Source of the DNA: Eledone cirrhosa
Taxonomy: Eukaryota
DNA length: 64,000 bases
Assembly: GCA_964016885.1 (NCBI GenBank)
Contig: OZ024741.1
Coordinates: forward strand, 406,286,001-406,350,000
Direction: 5' to 3'
Both the position numbers and the translations under genes were made by a program. The notes under the pieces are model-generated. The model was given only the letters and a program-made list of their open reading frames with translations. It was not told the DNA's origin and did not search any database. This document shows, in pieces, positions 22,598 through 37,500 of the stretch. The first letter of the stretch is position 1; each line of letters starts with the position of its first letter.

Positions 22598-25500
22598 ACT
22601 TAAAGACAGAGCTTGGTGGACAATGGCATGTAAGGAGGAGTGAGTTACTGTGAACTTAAAGACAGAGCTTGGTGGACAATGGCATATAAGGAGGATTGAG
22701 TTACTGTGAATTTAAAGACAGAGGTTAGTGGACAATGGCATGTAAGGGGGATTGAGTTGCTGTGAACCTAAAGACAGAGGTTGGTGGACAATGACATGTA
22801 AGGAGGATAGAGTTGCTGTGAACTTTAAGACAGAGTTTGGTGGACAATGGCATATAAGGAGGATTGAGTTACTGTGAACTTAAAGACAGAGCTTGGTGGA
22901 CAATGGCATATAAGGAGGATTGAGTTACTGTGAACTTAAAGACAGAGCTTGGTGGACAATGGCATGTAAGGACGATTGGGTTACTGTCAACTTAAAGATA
23001 GAAGTTGGTGGACAATGGCATGTAAAAGGGATAGAGTTACTGTGAACCTAAAGACAGAGGTTGGTGGAGAATGGCATGTAAGGGGGATTGAGTTACTGTG
23101 AACTTAAAGACAGAGGTTGGTGTACAATGGCATGTAAGGAGGATTGAGTTACTGTGAACTTAAAGACAGAGGTTGGTGGACAATGGCATGTAAGGGGGAT
23201 TGAGTTACTGTGAACCTAAAGACAGAGGTTGGTGGACAATGGCATGTAAGGGAGATTGAGTTACTGTGAACTTAAAGACAGAGGTTGGTGGAGAATGGCT
23301 TGTAAGGGGGATTGAGTTACTGTGAACTTAAAGACAGAGGTTGGTGGAGAATGGCATGTAAGGGGAATTGAGTTACTGTGAACTTAAAGACAGAGGTTGG
23401 TGGAGAATGGCATGTAAGGGGGATTGAGTTACTGTGAACTTAAAGACAGAGGTTGGTGGACAATGGCATGTAAGGGGGATTGAGTTACTGTGAACTTAAA
23501 GACACAGGTTGGTGGACAATGGCATATAAGTAGGATTGAGTTACTGAGAACTTAAAGACAGAGTTTGGTGGACAATGGCATGTAAGGAGGATTGAGTTAC
23601 TGTGAACTTAAAGACAGAGGTTGGTGGACAATGACATGTAAGGAGGATTGCGTTACTGTGAAATTAAATACAGCGTTTGGTAGACAATGGCATGTAAGGA
23701 GGATTGAGTTAGTGTGAACTAAGACAGAGGTTGGTGGACAATGACATGTAAGGGGGATTGAGTTACTGAGAACTTAAAGACAGAGGTTGGTGGACAATGG
23801 CATGTAAGGGCGATTGAGCTACTGTGAACCTAAAGACAGATGTTGGTGGACAATGATATGTAAGGAGGATTGAGTTACTGTGAACTTAAAGACAGAGGTT
23901 GGTGGACAATTGCATGTAAGGGGGATTGAGTTACTGTGAACTTAAAGACAGAGGTTGATGGACAATGGCATGTAAGGGGTATTGAGTTACTGTGAATTTA
24001 AAGACAGAGGTTGGTGGACAATATACATGTAAGGGGGATTGAATTACTGTTAACTTAAAGACAGAGTTTGTTGGACAATGGCATGTAAGGAGGATTGAGT
24101 TACTGTAAACTTAAAGACACAGGTTGGTAGACAATGGCATGTAAGGGGGATTGAGTTACTGTGAACTTAAAGACAGAGGTTGGTGTACAATGGCATGTAA
24201 GGAGGATTGAGTTACTGTGAACTTAAAGACAGAGGTTGGTGGACAATGGCATGTAAGGGGGATTGAGTTACTGTGAACCTAAAGACAGAGGTTGGTGGAC
24301 AATGGCATGTAAGAGGAATTGAGTTACTGTGAACTTAAAGACAGAGGTTGGTGGACAATGGCATATAAGGAGGATTGAGTTACTGTGAACTTAAAGACAC
24401 AGGTTGGTGGACAATGGCATATAAGTAGGATTGAGTTACTGAGAACTTAAAGACAGAGTTTGGTGGACAATGGCATGTAAGGAGGATTGAGTTACTGTGA
24501 ACTTAAAGACAGAGGTTGGTGGACAATGACATGTAAGGAGGATTGCGTTACTGTGAAATTAAATACAGAGTTTGGTAGACAATGGCATGTAAGGAGGATT
24601 GAGTTAATGTGAACTAAGACAGAGGTTGGTGGACAATGACATGTAAGGGGGATTGAGTTACTGAGAACTTAAAGACAGAGGTTGGTGGACAATGGCATGT
24701 AAGGGCGATTGAGCTACTGTGAACCTAAAGACAGAGGTTGGTGGACAATGATATGTAAGGAGGATTGAGTTACTGTGAACTTAAAGACAGAGGTTGGTGG
24801 ACAATTGCATGTAAGGGGGATTGAGTTACTGTCAACGTAAAGACAGAGGTTGATGGACAATGGCATGTAAGGGGGATTGAGTTACTGTGAATTTAAAGAC
24901 AGAGGTTGGTGGACAATATACATGTAAGGGGGATTGAATTACTGTTAACTTAAAGACAGAGTTTGTTGGACAATGGCATGTAAGGGGGATTGAGTTACTG
25001 TGAACTTAAAGACAGAGGTTGGTGTACAATGGCATGTAAGGAGGATTGAGTTACTGTGAACTTAAAGACAGAGGATGGTGGACAATGGCATATAAGGGGG
25101 ATTGGGTTACTGTGAACTTAAAGACAGAGGTTGGTGGACAATGGCATGTAAGGGGGATTGAGTTACTGTGAACTTAAATACAGAGGTTGGTGGACAGTGG
25201 CATGTAAGGAGGATTGAGTTACTGTGAACTTAAAGACAGAGGTTGGTGTACAATGGCATGTTAGGGGGATTGAGTTACTGTGAACTTAAAGACAGAGGTT
25301 GGTGGACAATGACATGTAAGGAGGATTGAGTTACTGAGAACTTAAAGACAGAGGTTGGTGGACAATGGCATGTAAGGAGGATTGAGTTACTGTGAACTTA
25401 AAGACAGAGGTTGGTGGACAATGGCATGTAAGGAGGATTGAGTTACTGAGAACTTAAAGACAGAGGTTGGTGGACAATGACATGTAAGGAGGATTGAGTT

Positions 25501-28500
25501 ACTGTGAACTTAAAGACAGAGGTTGGTGGACAATGACATGTAAGGAGGATTGAGTTACTGTGAACTTAAAGACAGAGGTTGGTGGACAATGACATGTAAG
25601 GAGGATTGAGTTACTGAGAACTTAAAGACAGAGGTTGGTGGACAATGGCATGTAAGGAGGATTGAGTTACTGAGAACTTAAAGACAGAGGTTGGTGGACA
25701 ATGGCATGTAAGGGGGATTGAGTTACTGTGAACTTAAAGACAGAGGTTGGTGGACAATGGCATGTAAGGGGGATTGAGTTACTGTGAACCTAAAGACAGA
25801 GGTTGGTGGACAATGGCATGTAAGGGAGATTGAGTTACTGTGAACTTAAAGACAGAGGTTGGTGGAGAATGGCTTGTAAGGGGGATTGAGTTACTGTGAA
25901 CTTAAAGACAGAGGTTGGTGGAGAATGGCATGTAAGGGGAATTGAGTTACTGTGAACTTAAAGACAGAGGTTGGTGGAGAATGGCATGTAAGGGGGATTG
26001 AGTTACTGTGAACTTAAAGACAGAGGTTGGTGGACAATGGCATGTAAGGGGGATTGAGTTACTGTGAACTTAAAGACACAGGTTGGTGGACAATGGCATA
26101 TAAGTAGGATTGAGTTACTGAGAACTTAAAGACAGAGTTTGGTGGACAATGGCATGTAAGGAGGATTGAGTTACTGTGAACTTAAAGACAGAGGTTGGTG
26201 GACAATGACATGTAAGGAGGATTGCGTTACTGTGAAATTAAATACAGCGTTTGGTAGACAATGGCATGTAAGGAGGATTGAGTTAATGTGAACTAAGACA
26301 GAGGTTGGTGGACAATGACATGTAAGGGGGATTGAGTTACTGAGAACTTAAAGACAGAGGTTGGTGGACAATGGCATGTAAGGGCGATTGAGCTACTGTG
26401 AACCTAAAGACAGATGTTGGTGGACAATGATATGTAAGGAGGATTGAGTTACTGTGAACTTAAAGACAGAGGTTGGTGGACAATTGCATGTAAGGGGGAT
26501 TGAGTTACTGTGAACTTAAAGACAGAGGTTGATGGACAATGGCATGTAAGGGGTATTGAGTTACTGTGAATTTAAAGACAGAGGTTGGTGGACAATATAC
26601 ATGTAAGGGGGATTGAATTACTGTTAACTTAAAGACAGAGTTTGTTGGACAATGGCATGTAAGGAGGATTGAGTTACTGTAAACTTAAAGACACAGGTTG
26701 GTAGACAATGGCATGTAAGGGGGATTGAGTTACTGTGAACTTAAAGACAGAGGTTGGTGTACAATGGCATGTAAGGAGGATTGAGTTACTGTGAACTTAA
26801 AGACAGAGGTTGGTGGACAATGGCATGTAAGGGGGATTGAGTTACTGTGAACCTAAAGACAGAGGTTGGTGGACAATGGCATGTAAGAGGAATTGAGTTA
26901 CTGTGAACTTAAAGACAGAGGTTGGTGGACAATGGCATATAAGGAGGATTGAGTTACTGTGAACTTAAAGACACAGGTTGGTGGACAATGGCATATAAGT
27001 AGGATTGAGTTACTGAGAACTTAAAGACAGAGTTTGGTGGACAATGGCATGTAAGGAGGATTGAGTTACTGTGAACTTAAAGACAGAGGTTGGTGGACAA
27101 TGACATGTAAGGAGGATTGCGTTACTGTGAAATTAAATACAGAGTTTGGTAGACAATGGCATGTAAGGAGGATTGAGTTAATGTGAACTAAGACAGAGGT
27201 TGGTGGACAATGACATGTAAGGGGGATTGAGTTACTGAGAACTTAAAGACAGAGGTTGGTGGACAATGGCATGTAAGGGCGATTGAGCTACTGTGAACCT
27301 AAAGACAGAGGTTGGTGGACAATGATATGTAAGGAGGATTGAGTTACTGTGAACTTAAAGACAGAGGTTGGTGGACAATTGCATGTAAGGGGGATTGAGT
27401 TACTGTCAACGTAAAGACAGAGGTTGATGGACAATGGCATGTAAGGGGGATTGAGTTACTGTGAATTTAAAGACAGAGGTTGGTGGACAATATACATGTA
27501 AGGGGGATTGAATTACTGTTAACTTAAAGACAGAGTTTGTTGGACAATGGCATGTAAGGGGGATTGAGTTACTGTGAACTTAAAGACAGAGGTTGGTGTA
27601 CAATGGCATGTAAGGAGGATTGAGTTACTGTGAACTTAAAGACAGAGGATGGTGGACAATGGCATATAAGGGGGATTGGGTTACTGTGAACTTAAAGACA
27701 GAGGTTGGTGGACAATGGCATGTAAGGGGGATTGAGTTACTGTGAACTTAAATACAGAGGTTGGTGGACAGTGGCATGTAAGGAGGATTGAGTTACTGTG
27801 AACTTAAAGACAGAGGTTGGTGTACAATGGCATGTTAGGGGGATTGAGTTACTGTGAACTTAAAGACAGAGGTTGGTGGACAATGACATGTAAGGAGGAT
27901 TGAGTTACTGAGAACTTAAAGACAGAGGTTGGTGGACAATGGCATGTAAGGAGGATTGAGTTACTGTGAACTTAAAGACAGAGGTTGGTGGACAATGGCA
28001 TGTAAGGAGGATTGAGTTACTGAGAACTTAAAGACAGAGGTTGGTGGACAATGACATGTAAGGAGGATTGAGTTACTGTGAACTTAAAGACAGAGGTTGG
28101 TGGACAATGACATGTAAGGAGGATTGAGTTACTGTGAACTTAAAGACAGAGGTTGGTGGACAATGACATGTAAGGAGGATTGAGTTACTGAGAACTTAAA
28201 GACAGAGGTTGGTGGACAATGGCATGTAAGGAGGATTGAGTTACTGAGAACTTAAAGACAGAGGTTGGTGGACAATGGCATGTAAGGGGGATTGAGTTAC
28301 TGTGAACTTAAAGACACAGGTTGGTGGACAATGGCATATAAGTAGGATTGAGTTACTGAGAACTTAAAGACAGAGTTTGGTGGACAATGGCATGTAAGGA
28401 GGATTGAGTTACTGTGAACTTAAAGACAGAGGTTGGTGGACAATGACATGTAAGGAGGATTGCGTTACTGTGAAATTAAATACAGCGTTTGGTAGACAAT

Positions 28501-31500
28501 GGCATGTAAGGAGGATTGAGTTAATGTGAACTAAGACAGAGGTTGGTGGACAATGACATGTAAGGGGGATTGAGTTACTGAGAACTTAAAGACAGAGGTT
28601 GGTGGACAATGGCATGTAAGGGCGATTGAGCTACTGTGAACCTAAAGACAGATGTTGGTGGACAATGATATGTAAGGAGGATTGAGTTACTGTGAACTTA
28701 AAGACAGAGGTTGGTGGACAATTGCATGTAAGGGGGATTGAGTTACTGTGAACTTAAAGACAGAGGTTGATGGACAATGGCATGTAAGGGGTATTGAGTT
28801 ACTGTGAATTTAAAGACAGAGGTTGGTGGACAATATACATGTAAGGGGGATTGAATTACTGTTAACTTAAAGACAGAGTTTGTTGGACAATGGCATGTAA
28901 GGAGGATTGAGTTACTGTAAACTTAAAGACACAGGTTGGTAGACAATGGCATGTAAGGGGGATTGAGTTACTGTGAACTTAAAGACAGAGGTTGGTGTAC
29001 AATGGCATGTAAGGAGGATTGAGTTACTGTGAACTTAAAGACAGAGGTTGGTGGACAATGGCATGTAAGGGGGATTGAGTTACTGTGAACCTAAAGACAG
29101 AGGTTGGTGGACAATGGCATGTAAGAGGAATTGAGTTACTGTGAACTTAAAGACAGAGGTTGGTGGACAATGGCATATAAGGAGGATTGAGTTACTGTGA
29201 ACTTAAAGACACAGGTTGGTGGACAATGGCATATAAGTAGGATTGAGTTACTGTGAACCTAAAGACAGAGGTTGGTGGACAATGATATGTAAGGAGGATT
29301 GAGTTACTGTGAACTTAAAGACAGAGGTTGGTGGACAATTGCATGTAAGGGGGATTGAGTTACTGTGAACGTAAAGACAGAGGTTGATGGACAATGGCAT
29401 GTAAGGGGGATTGAGTTACTGTGAATTTAAAGACAGAGGTTGGTGGACAATATACATGTAAGGGGGATTGAATTACTGTTAACTTAAAGACAGAGTTTGT
29501 TGGACAATGGCATGTAAGGGGGATTGAGTTACTGTGAACTTAAAGACAGAGGTTGGTGTACAATGGCATGTAAGGAGGATTGAGTTACTGTGAACTTAAA
29601 GACAGAGGTTGGTGGACAATGGCATATAAGGGGGATTGGGTTACTGTGAACTTAAAGACAGAGGTTGGTGGACAATGGCATGTAAGGGGGATTGCGTTAC
29701 TGTGAACTTAAATACAGAGGTTGGTGGACAGTGGCATGTAAGGAGGATTGAGTTACTGTGAACTTAAAGACAGAGGTTGGTGTACAATGGCATGTTAGGG
29801 GGATTGAGTTACTGTGAACTTAAAGACAGAGGTTGGTGGACAATGACATGTAAGGAGGATTGAGTTACTGAGAACTTAAAGACAGAGGTTGGTGGACAAT
29901 GGCATGTAAGGAGGATTGAGTTACTGTGAACTTAAAGACAGAGGTTGGTGGACAATGGCATGTAAGGAGGATTGAGTTACTGAGAACTTAAAGACAGAGG
30001 TTGGTGGACAATGACATGTAAGGAGGATTGAGTTACTGTGAACTTAAAGACAGAGGTTGGTGGACAATGACATGTAAGGAGGATTGAGTTACTGTGAACT
30101 TAAAGACAGAGGTTGGTGGACAATGACATGTAAGGAGGATTGAGTTACTGAGAACTTAAAGACAGAGGTTGGTGGACAATGGCATGTAAGGAGGATTGAG
30201 TTACTGAGAACTTAAAGACAGAGGTTGGTGGACAATGGCATGTAAGGGGGATTGAGTTACTGTGAACTTAAAGACAGAGGTTGGTGGACAATGGCATGTA
30301 AGGGTGATTGAGTTACTGTGAACTAAATACAGAGTTTGGTGGACAATGGCATATAAGGAGGATTGAGTTACTGTGAACTTAAAGACAGAGGTTGGTAGAC
30401 AGTGGCATGTAAGGAGGATTGAGTTACTGTGAACTTAAAGACAGAGGTTGGTGGACAATGGCATGTAAGGGGGATTGAATTACTGAGAACTTAAAGACAG
30501 AGGTTGATGGGCAATGGCATGTAAGGGGGATTGAGTTACTGTGAACTTAAAGACAGAGGTTGGTGGACAATGGCATGTAAGGAGGATTGAGTTACTGTTA
30601 ACTTAAAGACAGGGGTTGGTGGACAATGACATGTAAGGAGGATTGAGTTACTGTGAACTTAAAGACAGAGGTTGGTGGACAATGGCATGTAATGGGGATT
30701 GAGTTACTGTGAACTTAAAGACAGATGTTGGTGGACAATGGCATGTAAGGAGGATTGAGTCACTGTGAACTTAAAGACAGAGGTTGGTGGACAATGGCAT
30801 GTAAGGGGGATTGAGTTACTGTGAACTTAAAGACAGAGGTTGGTGGACAATGACATGTAAGGAGGATTGAGTTACTGTGAACTTAAAGACAGAGGTTGGT
30901 GGACAATGGCATGTAAGGAGGATTGAGTTACTGTGAACTTAAAGACAGAGGTTGGTGGACAATGACATGTAAGGGGGATTGAGTTACTGTGAACTTAAAG
31001 ACAGAGGTTGGTGGACAATGACATGTAAGGAGGATTGAGTTACTGTGAACTTAAAGACAGAGGTTGGTGGACAATGGCACGTAAGGAGGATTGAGTTACT
31101 GTGAACTTAAAGACAGAGGTTGGTGGACAATGACATGTAAGGAGGATTGAGTTACTGTGAACTTAAAGACAGAGGTTGGTGGACAATGACATGTAAGGGG
31201 GATTGAGTTACTGTGAACTTAAAGACAGAGGTTGGTGGACAATGACATGTAAGGAGGATTGAGTTACTGTGAACTTAAAGACAGAGGTAGGTGGACAATG
31301 GCATGTAAGGAGGATTGAGTTACTGTGAACTTAAAGACAGAGGTTGGTGGACAATGACATGTAAGGAGGATTGAGTTACTGTGAACTTAAAGACAGAGGT
31401 TGGTGGACAATGGCATGTAAGGAGGATTGAGTTACTGTGAACTTAAAGACAGAGGTTGGTGGACAATGGCATGTAAGGAGGATTGAGTTACTGTGAACTT

Positions 31501-34500
31501 AAAGACAGAGGTTGGTGTACAATGGCATGTTAGGGGGATTGAGTTACTGTGAACTTAAAGACAGAGGTTGGTGGACAATGACATGTAAGGAGGATTGAGT
31601 TACTGAGAACTTAAAGACAGAGGTTGGTGGACAATGGCATGTAAGGAGGATTGAGTTACTGTGAACTTAAAGACAGAGGTTGGTGGACAATGGCATGTAA
31701 GGAGGATTGAGTTACTGAGAACTTAAAGACAGAGGTTGGTGGACAATGACATGTAAGGAGGATTGAGTTACTGTGAACTTAAAGACAGAGGTTGGTGGAC
31801 AATGACATGTAAGGAGGATTGAGTTACTGTGAACTTAAAGACAGAGGTTGGTGGACAATGACATGTAAGGAGGATTGAGTTACTGAGAACTTAAAGACAG
31901 AGGTTGGTGGACAATGGCATGTAAGGAGGATTGAGTTACTGAGAACTTAAAGACAGAGGTTGGTGGACAATGGCATGTAAGGGGGATTGAGTTACTGTGA
32001 ACTTAAAGACAGAGGTTGGTGGACAATGGCATGTAAGGGTGATTGAGTTACTGTGAACTAAATACAGAGTTTGGTGGACAATGGCATATAAGGAGGATTG
32101 AGTTACTGTGAACTTAAAGACAGAGGTTGGTAGACAGTGGCATGTAAGGAGGATTGAGTTACTGTGAACTTAAAGACAGAGGTTGGTGGACAATGGCATG
32201 TAAGGGGGATTGAATTACTGAGAACTTAAAGACAGAGGTTGATGGGCAATGGCAATGTAAGGGGGATTGAGTTACTGTGAACTTAAAGACAGAGGTTGGT
32301 GGACAATGGCATGTAAGGAGGATTGAGTTACTGTTAACTTAAAGACAGAGGTTGGTGGACAATGACATGTAAGGAGGATTGAGTTACTGTGAACTTAAAG
32401 ACAGAGGTTGGTGGACAATGGCATGTAAGGGGGATTGAGTTACTGTGAACTTAAAGACAGAGGTTGGTGGACAATGGCATGTAAGGAGGATTGAGTCACT
32501 GTGAACTTAAAGACAGAGGTTGGTGGACAATGGCATGTAAGGGGGATTGAGTTACTGTGAACTTAAAGACAGAGGTTGGTGGACAATGACATATAAGGAG
32601 GATTGAGTTACTGAGAACTTAAAGACAGAGGTTGGTGGACAATGACATGTAAGGAGGATTGAGTTACTGAGAACTTAAAGACAGAGGTTGGTGGACAATG
32701 GCATGTAAGGAGGATTGAGTTACTGAGAACTTAAAGACAGCGGTTGGTGGACAATGACATGTAAGGAGGATTGAGTTACTGTGAACTTAAAGACAGAGGT
32801 TGGTGGACAATGACATGTAAGGAGGATTGAGTTACTGTGAACTTAAAGACAGAGGTTGGTGGACAATGACATGTAAGGAGGATTGAGTTACTGAGAACTT
32901 AAAGACAGAGGTTGGTGGACAATGGCATGTAAGGAGGATTGAGTTACTGAGAACTTAAAGACAGAGGTTGGTGGACAATGGCATGTAAGGGGGATTGAGT
33001 TACTGTGAACTTAAAGACAGAGGTTGGTGGACAATGGCATGTAAGGGTGATTGAGTTACTGTGAACTAAATACAGAGTTTGGTGGACAATGGCATATAAG
33101 GAGGATTGAGTTACTGTGAACTTAAAGACAGAGGTTGGTGGACAATGACATGTAAGGAGGATTGAGTTACTGTGAACTTAAAGACAGAGGTTGGTGGACA
33201 ATGGCATGTAAGGAGGATTGAGTTACTGTGAACTTAAAGACAGAGGTTGGTGTACAATGGCATGTTAGGGGGATTGAGTTAATGTGAACTTAAAGACAGA
33301 GGTTGGTGGACAATGACATGTAAGGAGGATTGAGTTACTGAGAACTTAAAGACAGAGGTTGGTGGACAATGGCATGTAAGGAGGATTGAGTTACTGTGAA
33401 CTTAAAGACAGAGGTTGGTGGACAATGGCATGTAAGGAGGATTGAGTTACTGAGAACTTAAAGACAGAGGTTGGTGGACAATGACATGTAAGGAGGATTG
33501 AGTTACTGTGAACTTAAAGACAGAGGTTGGTGGACAATGACATGTAAGGAGGATTGAGTTACTGTGAACTTAAAGACAGAGGTTGGTGGACAATGACATG
33601 TAAGGAGGATTGAGTTACTGTGAACTTAAAGACAGAGGTTGGTGGACAATGACATGTAAGGAGGATTGAGTTACTGTGAACTTAAAGACAGAGGTTGGTG
33701 GACAATGGCATATAAGGGGGATTGGGTTACTGTGAACTTAAAGACAGAGGTTGGTGGACAATGGCATGTAAGGGGGATTGAGTTACTGTGAACTTAAATA
33801 CAGAGGTTGGTGGACAGTGGCATGTAAGGAGGATTGAGTTACTGTGAACTTAAAGACAGAGGTTGGTGTACAATGGCATGTTAGGGGGATTGAGTTACTG
33901 TGAACTTAAAGACAGAGGTTGGTGGACAATGACATGTAAGGAGGATTGAGTTACTGAGAACTTAAAGACAGAGGTTGGTTGACAATGGCATGTAAGGAGG
34001 ATTGAGTTACTGTGAACTTAAAGACAGAGGTTGGTGGACAATGGCATGTAAGGAGGATTGAGTTACTGAGAACTTAAAGACAGAGGTTGGTGGACAATGA
34101 CATGTAAGGAGGATTGAGTTACTGTGAACTTAAAGACAGAGGTTGGTGGACAATGACATGTAAGGAGGATTGAGTTACTGTGAACTTAAAGACAGAGGTT
34201 GGTGGACAATGACATGTAAGGAGGATTGAGTTACTGAGAACTTAAAGACAGAGGTTGGTGGACAATGGCATGTAAGGAGGATTGAGTTACTGAGAACTTA
34301 AAGACAGAGGTTGGTGGACAATGGCATGTAAGGGGGATTGAGTTACTGTGAACTTAAAGACAGAGGTTGGTGGACAATGGCATGTAAGGGTGATTGAGTT
34401 ACTGTGAACTAAATACAGAGTTTGGTGGACAATGGCATATAAGGAGGATTGAGTTACTGTGAACTTAAAGACAGAGGTTGGTAGACAGTGGCATGTAAGG

Positions 34501-37500
34501 AGGATTGAGTTACTGTGAACTTAAAGACAGAGGTTGGTGGACAATGGCATGTAAGGGGGATTGAATTACTGAGAACTTAAAGACAGAGGTTGATGTGCAA
34601 TGGCATGTAAGGGGGATTGAGTTACTGTGAACTTAAAGACAGAGGTTGGTGGACAATGGCATGTAAGGAGGATTGAGTTACTGTTAACTTAAAGACAGGG
34701 GTTGGTGGACAATGACATGTAAGGAGGATTGAGTTACTGTGAACTTAAAGACAGAGGTTGGTGGACAATGGCATGTAATGGGGATTGAGTTACTGTGAAC
34801 TTAAAGACAGAGGTTGGTGGACAATGGCATGTAAGGAGGATTGAGTCACTGTGAACTTAAAGACAGAGGTTGGTGGACAATGGCATGTAAGGGGGATTGA
34901 GTTACTGTGAACTTAAAGACAGAGGTTGGTGGACAATGACATGTAAGGAGGATTGAGTTACTGTGAACTTAAAGACAGAGGTTGGTGGACAATGGCATGT
35001 AAGGAGGATTGAGTTACTGTGAACTTAAAGACAGAGGTTGGTGGACAATGACATGTAAGGGGGATTGAGTTACTGTGAACTTAAAGACAGAGGTTGGTGG
35101 ACAATGACATGTAAGGAGGATTGAGTTACTGTGAACTTAAAGACAGAGGTTGGTGGACAATGGCACGTAAGGAGGATTGAGTTACTGTGAACTTAAAGAC
35201 AGAGGTTGGTGGACAATGACATGTAAGGAGGATTGAGTTACTGTGAACTTAAGGACAGAGGTTGGTGGACAATGACATGTAAGGGGGATTGAGTTACTGT
35301 GAACTTAAAGACAGAGGTTGGTGGACAATGACATGTAAGGAGGATTGAGTTACTGTGAACTTAAAGACAGAGGTAGGTGGACAATGGCATGTAAGGAGGA
35401 TTGAGTTACTGTGAACTTAAAGACAGAGGTTGGTGGACAATGACATGTAAGGAGGATTGAGTTACTGTGAACTTAAAGACAGAGGTTGGTGGACAATGGC
35501 ATGTAAGGAGGATTGAGTTACTGTGAACTTAAAGACAGAGGTTGGTGGACAATGGCATGTAAGGAGGATTGAGTTACTGTGAACTTAAAGACAGAGGTTG
35601 GTGTACAATGGCATGTTAGGGGGATTGAGTTACTGTGAACTTAAAGACAGAGGTTGGTGGACAATGACATGTAAGGAGGATTGAGTTACTGAGAACTTAA
35701 AGACAGAGGTTGGTGGACAATGGCATGTAAGGAGGATTGAGTTACTGAGAACTTAAAGACAGAGGTTGGTGGACAATGACATGTAAGGAGGATTGAGTTA
35801 CTGAGAACTTAAAGACAGAGGTTGGTGGACAATGGCATGTAAGGAGGATTGAGTTACTGAGAACTTAAAGACAGAGGTTGGTGGACAATGACATGTAAGG
35901 AGGATTGAGTTACTGAGAACTTAAAGACAGAGGTTGGTGGACAATGGCATGTAAGGAGGATTGAGTTACTGAGAACTTAAAGACAGCGGTTGGTGGACAA
36001 TGACATGTAAGGAGGATTGAGTTACTGTGAACTTAAAGACAGAGGTTGGTGGACAATGACATGTAAGGAGGATTGAGTTACTGTGAACTTAAAGACAGAG
36101 GTTGGTGGACAATGACATGTAAGGAGGATTGAGTTACTGAGAACTTAAAGACAGAGGTTGGTGGACAATGGCATGTAAGGAGGATTGAGTTACTGAGAAC
36201 TTAAAGACAGAGGTTGGTGGACAATGGCATGTAAGGGGGATTGAGTTACTGTGAACTTAAAGACAGAGGTTGGTGGACAATGGCATGTAAGGGTGATTGA
36301 GTTACTGTGAACTAAATACAGAGTTTGGTGGACAATGGCATATAAGGAGGATTGAGTTACTGTGAACTTAAAGACAGAGGTTGGTGGACAATGACATGTA
36401 AGGAGGATTGAGTTACTGTGAACTTAAAGACAGAGGTTGGTGGACAATGGCATGTAAGGAGGATTGAGTTACTGTGAACTTAAAGACAGAGGTTGGTGTA
36501 CAATGGCATGTTAGGGGGATTGAGTTAATGTGAACTTAAAGACAGAGGTTGGTGGACAATGACATGTAAGGAGGATTGAGTTACTGAGAACTTAAAGACA
36601 GAGGTTGGTGGACAATGGCATGTAAGGAGGATTGAGTTACTGTGAACTTAAAGACAGAGGTTGGTGGACAATGGCATGTAAGGAGGATTGAGTTACTGAG
36701 AACTTAAAGACAGAGGTTGGTGGACAATGACATGTAAGGAGGATTGAGTTACTGTGAACTTAAAGACAGAGGTTGGTGGACAATGACATGTAAGGAGGAT
36801 TGAGTTACTGTGAACTTAAAGACAGAGGTTGGTGGACAATGACATGTAAGGAGGATTGAGTTACTGTGAACTTAAAGACAGAGGTTGGTGGACAATGACA
36901 TGTAAGGAGGATTGAGTTACTGTGAACTTAAAGACAGAGGTTGGTGGACAATGGCATATAAGGGGGATTGGGTTACTGTGAACTTAAAGACAGAGGTTGG
37001 TGGACAATGGCATGTAAGGGGGATTGAGTTACTGTGAACTTAAATACAGAGGTTGGTGGACAGTGGCATGTAAGGAGGATTGAGTTACTGTGAACTTAAA
37101 GACAGAGGTTGGTGTACAATGGCATGTTAGGGGGATTGAGTTACTGTGAACTTAAAGACAGAGGTTGGTGGACAATGACATGTAAGGAGGATTGAGTTAC
37201 TGAGAACTTAAAGACAGAGGTTGGTGGACAATGGCATGTAAGGAGGATTGAGTTACTGTGAACTTAAAGACAGAGGTTGGTGGACAATGGCATGTAAGGA
37301 GGATTGAGTTACTGAGAACTTAAAGACAGAGGTTGGTGGACAATGACATGTAAGGAGGATTGAGTTACTGTGAACTTAAAGACAGAGGTTGGTGGACAAT
37401 GACATGTAAGGAGGATTGAGTTACTGTGAACTTAAAGACAGAGGTTGGTGGACAATGACATGTAAGGAGGATTGAGTTACTGAGAACTTAAAGACAGAGG

